The position numbers were made by a program, and so were the translations under genes. A model generated the notes under the pieces. That model was given only the letters and a program-made list of their open reading frames with translations, was not told where the DNA came from and ran no database searches. Shown piece after piece: positions 59,275-64,000 of a DNA stretch of 64,000 bases. Origin of the DNA: Chlorobiota bacterium (GTDB lineage: Bacteria > Bacteroidota > Ignavibacteria > Kapaibacteriales > UBA2268); assembly GCA_046290495.1 (NCBI GenBank), contig JBKAGT010000005.1:1602270-1666269 (forward strand). Direction: 5' to 3'. Within the stretch, counting starts at the first letter, position 1, and each line of letters starts with the position of its first letter.

Positions 59275-59835
59275 TTGAGTAGACCAAATTTTGGCAGAAG
59301 AAATATGCCAAACAATAAGAACAAAACTAAAGTAAATGAAGAACTAAGAGGCAAAGAATTTAGAGTTATTTCGCCGACTGGTGAGATGTTGGGCATACTA
59401 ACAAAAGGTGCCGCACTAAAGAAAGCCGAAGAATTTGGGCTAGATTTGGTGGAAATATCTCCAAATGCAAAGCCACCTGTAGTTAAGATAATTGACTACG
59501 GAAAGTACCAGTACGAGCAAGCCAAAAAAGACAAAATGCAACGTAAGAACCAGCAGCAGCAACAGCTGAAGGAGCTTAGGTTCAAGCCAGGTACAGAAAA
59601 GCATGACTTCGATTTCAAAACAAAACATGCTCGTGGATTTTTGGAAAGTGGTAATAAGGTAAAAGCAACCGTTATGTTCCGTGGTAGAGAAATCACCCAC
59701 AAGGAATTTGGTAGAGAAATGCTCGAAAAGTTTATCGAAGAGCTAAGTGATATATCAAAAGTAGATGTAGATATCAAAATGGAAGGTAGAAATATGATGG
59801 TATTACTATCTCCTCTGAAACAAGCGAAAAAATAA
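59275..59835 (+). CDS. infC: translation initiation factor IF-3
   Basis: VNEELRGKEFRVISPTGEMLGI..., canonical IF3 N- and C-domains. The start is ambiguous: TTG at 59275 (preceded by aggaaa) or ATG at 59305. Confidence 0.93.
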   Translation: MSRPNFGRRNMPNNKNKTKVNEELRGKEFRVISPTGEMLGILTKGAALKKAEEFGLDLVEISPNAKPPVVKIIDYGKYQYEQAKKDKMQRKNQQQQQLKELRFKPGTEKHDFDFKTKHARGFLESGNKVKATVMFRGREITHKEFGREMLEKFIEELSDISKVDVDIKMEGRNMMVLLSPLKQAKK

Positions 59836-59871
59836 TTTTGTTAGTTATTAACAATTTGTATAATTTTGAAG

Positions 59872-59903
59872 TTCCAATGTTTAGTGCATTGGAATTTTTT
59901 TTT
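59872..59903 (+). terminator. terminator/attenuator hairpin between infC and rpmI
   Basis: ttccaatg-tttagtg-cattggaa followed by a T9 run. Confidence 0.6.
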
Positions 59904-59928
59904 GCAACAAACATAATTAGAGCTAAAG

Positions 59929-60126
59929 ATGCCAAAAATGAAATCTAAATCTTCTGCTAAGAAGAGATTCAAAAAGACAGCTTCTGGTGAATTCAAAAGA
60001 GCACAAGCTTACACTAGTCACATATTGACTAAGAAAACTCAGAAGAGAAAGAGAAACTTACGTAAGAAAACATTGATCGATCAGTCTGATAAAAAATCAG
60101 TTGAAAGAATGTTACCTAGCGCATAA
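59929..60126 (+). CDS. rpmI: 50S ribosomal protein L35
   Basis: 65 aa. [20 protein letters not shown]... is canonical L35. Confidence 0.95.
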   Translation: MPKMKSKSSAKKRFKKTASGEFKRAQAYTSHILTKKTQKRKRNLRKKTLIDQSDKKSVERMLPSA

Positions 60127-60233
60127 GCTAGCAGTAAGTAGTAGATAGAAAATTTAAAAAAATTGCGAACGGGGACGTAGCTCTCCCTAAGCAACCTTAT
60201 AAAAACATATACTAAAATTATTGAGGTATTATC

Positions 60234-60578
60234 ATGGCTAGAGCCAGAAATAAAGTAGCTGCCAAACAAAGAAAGAAAAAGGTCTTTAAACTTGCCAAAG
60301 GTTATTGGGGATCAAGAAAAAATGTTTGGACAATTGCAAAAAACCATGTTGAGAAAGGTCTTTCTCACGCTTATATTGGTCGTAAGTTAAAGAAGAGAAC
60401 TTACAGAAGACTATGGATAACTAGAATCAATGCTGCTGCTCGTTTGAACGGCACTACTTACTCTAAGTTTATGCATGGGCTAAAACAAAACAATATAGAC
60501 ATCAACAGAAAAGTATTAGCTGACTTTGCTATGAACAAACCAGAAGTGTTCAAAGCAATAGCTGACAAAGTAAAGTAA
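60234..60578 (+). CDS. rplT: 50S ribosomal protein L20
   Basis: 114 aa. [26 protein letters not shown]... is canonical L20. Confidence 0.97.
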   Translation: MARARNKVAAKQRKKKVFKLAKGYWGSRKNVWTIAKNHVEKGLSHAYIGRKLKKRTYRRLWITRINAAARLNGTTYSKFMHGLKQNNIDINRKVLADFAMNKPEVFKAIADKVK

Positions 60579-60605
60579 ATACTTATCTAGAGTAAATATA
60601 AAGAG

Positions 60606-60637
60606 AGCCGAGCTATTTATTTAGTTCGGCTTTTTTT
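60606..60637 (+). terminator. rho-independent terminator after rplT
   Basis: agccgagcta-tttatt-tagttcggct (one mismatch) followed by a T7 run. Confidence 0.7.
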
Positions 60638-60651
60638 GTAGGTAGATTATA

Positions 60652-61197
60652 CTAATTAACCAGCTTAAATTTCTTAACTGGTATGGTGTCTTTGTATAAA
60701 CAAAGGTATTTATCCTCATCTGCTAATAAATCTTCGAATGTATCTTGTTCTAGGCTGAGCATAAAAACATTATCATCACCTGAAGATCTTATACCATTGA
60801 TTTTATATTCTACTTTATAGTTATTAAAATGTAATTTGAATAAATAATCAGCGCTTTTGCTTTCTCCCCAAAATTCTGTGTATTTTTGCTCAAATATTTT
60901 ATTATTTGTAAATCTTAAGTTCAAAATATATGAATCTCTATTTACATTTTTTTTAAACCTAAAGTTTGTTCGATACACTAACTGGGAAACCCAACACCCT
61001 TCTATTTCAAAAGTATCTTTTTCAATAATAAATACTTTACTTCCCTCAATTCTAAAAACATGTAGTAATGTATTTAAATCTTTAGAATCTTCTACAGTCA
61101 TCTGATATACTGGGGTACCACCAATATCAAATATTAAAAATAATGTCACTAATAAAAGAAAGAAGATTATTGATATTTTTAGAAATTTCTTTAGCAT
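60652..61197 (-). CDS. hypothetical secreted/membrane-anchored protein sharing only its 5' signal-peptide module with 61331 and 62957
   Basis: 181 aa. The first codons (MLKKFLKISII) and the DNA gatatttttagaaatttctttagcat are shared with the two paralogs. The mature part is unrelated. Confidence 0.5.
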   Translation of the reverse strand: MLKKFLKISIIFFLLLVTLFLIFDIGGTPVYQMTVEDSKDLNTLLHVFRIEGSKVFIIEKDTFEIEGCWVSQLVYRTNFRFKKNVNRDSYILNLRFTNNKIFEQKYTEFWGESKSADYLFKLHFNNYKVEYKINGIRSSGDDNVFMLSLEQDTFEDLLADEDKYLCLYKDTIPVKKFKLVN

Positions 61198-61227
61198 GTT
61201 ATTCTCTTTTTCTTAATCATTTAGTTC

Positions 61228-61326
61228 GGCTTTTCATCTCTACTGTTATACTATCAGCAAAGTGATTGTTATCCGATTTGTATATAACCAATTTTAATTT
61301 ATCTGGAATGATTTCACTTGAGCCAT
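61228..61326 (-). pseudogene. collapsed remnant of a 62374..62952-type gene (start codon fused to the last ~95 nt)
   Basis: 61230..61321 aligns near-identically to 62387..62478 (3' end of the 192-aa gene). 61321..61350 aligns to 62946..62977, which is that gene's start codon region plus the upstream gene's stop. Only MAQVKSFQIN* remains readable. Confidence 0.6.
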
Positions 61327-61330
61327 TGTG

Positions 61331-61888
61331 TTAACGAGTTAACCGGTTTTCGTTATCATTAATATGGTGATAAAAGTCATGATCATTATAAATACATTCA
61401 TTACAGAGTGATAAAATAATTAAATATCTAGGTTGGTCATTAAATGGTCCAAAGCCTGTCATTCTATTATATTTTTCAAAGGTTTCTTTATTAAGCTTTG
61501 GTTCAAGCCCTTCTGTGATCCATTCTAGAGATTTAAATTTCCAGTATTTTGATATTGAAACAATAGAATCAGAGACTTCTTTCCATAAATGACTATCTGC
61601 TTCAATATGAACATTATTAAAGTTAAGTGGATATATATATATTGATCTCACTTTCCCAGCAGTATCCGTAGCAATATCACAAACAAAATTAATCTCTGAC
61701 CAAGTTATAGTTGATAAGGTATCAGGTAAATTTGGGCTTTCATAGTTTACAAAAATAGAATCTATTTGGGTTCTTGAGCTATAAGACATATAGCCACGAG
61801 TGCTGATCCTGATCTGTGAAATGGATGTACTGAACCCTAAAATAAACAGGGTTATTATTATCGATATTTTTAGAAATTTCTTTAGCAT
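61331..61888 (-). CDS. hypothetical secreted protein, paralog of 62957..63523
   Basis: 185 aa with signal peptide. Shared blocks SSRTQIDSIFV.YESPNLPD and a C-terminal LIILS.CNEC...FYHHIN..ENRLTR (Cys/His-rich tail). Confidence 0.55.
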   Translation of the reverse strand: MLKKFLKISIIITLFILGFSTSISQIRISTRGYMSYSSRTQIDSIFVNYESPNLPDTLSTITWSEINFVCDIATDTAGKVRSIYIYPLNFNNVHIEADSHLWKEVSDSIVSISKYWKFKSLEWITEGLEPKLNKETFEKYNRMTGFGPFNDQPRYLIILSLCNECIYNDHDFYHHINDNENRLTR

Positions 61889-61903
61889 AGTATTTTCCAG
61901 AAC

Positions 61904-62371
61904 TTAGTCAGTGTATATATCACTCGCCCACTTTTCGAACATCATGATTTTTGTTGAATCACTAAAGGTTGAGTCTGAATAAAAAACAGCTTTCCATCCA
62001 GAGTTTAAAAATAAGGTCAAATGTTGATAATATCGGTAATCTTTATAAGATTCTTTTTGTGCTTTATAAAATGAATCTCCAACTCTAAGACCATCCTTAG
62101 AAACAAAATTTGTATCAAAAGTGTATAAACCTTTTACAACACCTAATTCTGTTAAACTAGCATAATACACAATACTATCAATTTGTATTCTATAGCTCTT
62201 TTGTAAGCTCATACTAAAGTCCATGATTAATATTGTTTCTGACTTATCTATATGATCGTAACTAATTTCTTTAAACGAATTAACATCATACGATTTACAA
62301 GAGATTGCGATTAACATAAACAACCAAAAATGTTTTGTGTTTTTGATATTTTTCATAAATTTTTTTGGCAT
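61904..62371 (-). CDS. hypothetical lipoprotein
   Basis: 155-aa ORF with lipobox (IAISC). Confidence 0.5.
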   Translation of the reverse strand: MPKKFMKNIKNTKHFWLFMLIAISCKSYDVNSFKEISYDHIDKSETILIMDFSMSLQKSYRIQIDSIVYYASLTELGVVKGLYTFDTNFVSKDGLRVGDSFYKAQKESYKDYRYYQHLTLFLNSGWKAVFYSDSTFSDSTKIMMFEKWASDIYTD

Positions 62372-62373
62372 GT

Positions 62374-62952
62374 TTACTTCAGTCTTTTCATCACTACTGT
62401 TATACTATCAGCATCGTGATTGTTATCCGATTTGTATATAACCAATTGTAATTTGTCTGGAATGATTTCACTTGAATCATTGAAGCTAACTTTTTTTTCC
62501 CAAAAAGTACGAGAGCTACCATACTTTCCATCGTTATTAATCAATTTACATCTATATTTTGAGAAATCTTCATTTCCATAAATATGGTTAAAATATATAT
62601 TTAGATGACTTGATTTAATCTTAAATGATTTTGGATCAACTTCATTGGTATATGGCATAGTGAACCAATATTTTTCCATCCATATTTCTTTTATTTCTAA
62701 TCTTGATGAATCTAATACTATAGATTTATTCTCAGCCAAATACTCTGCTATAAAAACACCTTTTTCTTTGGATTCCTCTATACTTTGTGAAGGACCATAT
62801 AAAACATCGAAGGGGAATCTGCATATCTTATAATTAGAAAATACACAAAACGAAATAAGTAATAGAATTAAAGTAAGAAAGCTTAAGAATATTCTTTTGT
62901 AGATAGTTCCAACAGACAAAGGCAGCTTTGCATTATGTTCAGTTTGAGCCAT
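62374..62952 (-). CDS. hypothetical membrane-anchored protein
   Basis: 192-aa ORF with one N-terminal TM segment. It is the intact counterpart of the remnant at 61228..61326. Confidence 0.5.
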   Translation of the reverse strand: MAQTEHNAKLPLSVGTIYKRIFLSFLTLILLLISFCVFSNYKICRFPFDVLYGPSQSIEESKEKGVFIAEYLAENKSIVLDSSRLEIKEIWMEKYWFTMPYTNEVDPKSFKIKSSHLNIYFNHIYGNEDFSKYRCKLINNDGKYGSSRTFWEKKVSFNDSSEIIPDKLQLVIYKSDNNHDADSITVVMKRLK

Positions 62953-62956
62953 TGTA

Positions 62957-63523
62957 TTAGCGAGTTAAACGGTTTTCATAATTATTAATATGGTGGTAAA
63001 ATAAATGATTATTAAATCTACACTCATTACAAATAGATAGAATTATAAGAAAACTTGCTATACCATTAAAAGGTTTATAACTCGAAATTTTTTCTAGAGC
63101 TTCATACAATTTTTTATCTTCTTTTAATTTAGATTTTTCAAAATCCCATTCTGGCACTTTGAGAATCCATTCTTTTGAAATTGACTTAATTGAGTCAGTA
63201 ACTATATCCCAAAACCTACTATCTGATTCTATATATATATCATTCTTATTAAGTGGATAAGTGTAAATGGATTTTACCCTACCTAGTGTATCTGTCAAAA
63301 TATCACAAATTATATTAATTTCACCCCAATTAAATGAATATAAACTATCAGGCAAATTTGGGCTTTCATATTTTACAAATATAGAATCTATTTGGGTTCT
63401 TGAGCTGTAATTCAAATAACCCTGAAGATCTATTTTTATCTGTGAAATGGATGTACTGAACCCTAAAATAAACAGGGTTATAATTATTGATATTTTTAGA
63501 AGTTTCTTTAGCATGTTATTCAA
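62957..63523 (-). CDS. hypothetical secreted protein, paralog of 61331..61888
   Basis: 188 aa. The likely start is the ATG at 63514 (MLKKLLKISII...), matching its paralogs. Confidence 0.55.
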   Translation of the reverse strand: MNNMLKKLLKISIIITLFILGFSTSISQIKIDLQGYLNYSSRTQIDSIFVKYESPNLPDSLYSFNWGEINIICDILTDTLGRVKSIYTYPLNKNDIYIESDSRFWDIVTDSIKSISKEWILKVPEWDFEKSKLKEDKKLYEALEKISSYKPFNGIASFLIILSICNECRFNNHLFYHHINNYENRLTR

Positions 63524-63977
63524 TTAATATATGTTGAAAATAAGAGCTTCTATGGATTATTTCAAAATCATTATCATTTATTGAAAAAAGGTAACTTATG
63601 ACATAGTTATGTTTTTCACCGCAGTAAATATCAATTACAAAATAATTCTCTTCTATAATATCAAACATTAAAAATAATTCGTAACCATCACCAAAGTGAT
63701 TTAGTTTATTTTTATCTATTTCAATCTCTTCGAAATTTTCAACCCTCAAGGAATCTTCTATGTATAAATTTTTTGCGTTTTTTCTGTCAGAAAGACTATC
63801 ATTCAATTTATGACCAAAAAACTTTTCGAATTTCGAATTTTGTGAGAAATAAAAACTAGAATAATCAAATAAGATTGAATTATACACATAGAAAGTATTT
63901 ACTGAATCAATCCCACATCGTTTTTTTAAATCAATTAAAGACGAATCAACCAAAACCTCTTCTATTATTTGATTCAA
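63516..63977 (-). CDS. hypothetical protein
   Basis: 153-aa ORF, no signal peptide, no recognisable domain. Confidence 0.45.
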   Translation of the reverse strand: MNQIIEEVLVDSSLIDLKKRCGIDSVNTFYVYNSILFDYSSFYFSQNSKFEKFFGHKLNDSLSDRKNAKNLYIEDSLRVENFEEIEIDKNKLNHFGDGYELFLMFDIIEENYFVIDIYCGEKHNYVISYLFSINDNDFEIIHRSSYFQHILIE

Positions 63978-64000
63978 GTAATGTTCAACAGACTCATCAT

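Noticed and set aside
59172-59777. Minus-strand ORFs 59172-59396, 59440-59700 and 59496-59777 around infC
   Set aside because: They overlap canonical infC or the lysS/infC divergent promoter region and have non-protein-like composition.

Overview
This is an AT-rich bacterial chromosomal window (about one-third GC by eye). It looks like the FCB superphylum (Bacteroidota / Ignavibacteriota / Balneolota-like): two proteins carry canonical T9SS C-terminal sorting domains, many ORFs have lipoboxes, and a TAnnTTTG-type -7 box precedes groES. I found no rRNA, tRNA or CRISPR array.

Well-supported housekeeping genes:
- hslVU
- groES-groEL, preceded by a perfect CIRCE operator
- crotonase-family enzyme, DEDDh exonuclease, mnmA, MarC-family protein, SIMPL-domain protein
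- a CoA-transferase
- ECF sigma / anti-sigma pair
- lysS
- infC-rpmI-rplT

There is also a phosphorus-scavenging cluster: beta-propeller phytase-like lipoprotein, TonB-dependent receptor and PhoX.

Accessory content:
- (i) A RAYT (IS200-like Y1 transposase) gene with GAGACG...CGTCTC REP hairpins on both sides and one inside its own CDS.
- (ii) A 1014-aa YadA-head-like repeat protein.
- (iii) An island of five small genes bracketed by two mosaic membrane-protein paralogs.
- (iv) A small secreted-protein cluster at the right end, with a tandem duplication and a collapsed gene remnant.
- (v) The standout: a gap-free 11.1-kb array of eight translationally coupled secreted-protein genes on the minus strand (42225-53374). 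Two families alternate in the order A-A-B-A-B-A-B-A. Nearly invariant blocks (B 3' PKD end plus A 5' Asp-box module) alternate with strongly diverged blocks. Perfect-identity tracts between distant copies point to gene conversion. Directly downstream lies an active trypsin-like protease paired with a paralog that has lost all three catalytic residues; both have beta-barrel-like C-termini.

I know of no named system with this organisation. All functional interpretations of it are inference. Many short ORFs in the six-frame track are antisense shadows of long genes and were rejected.
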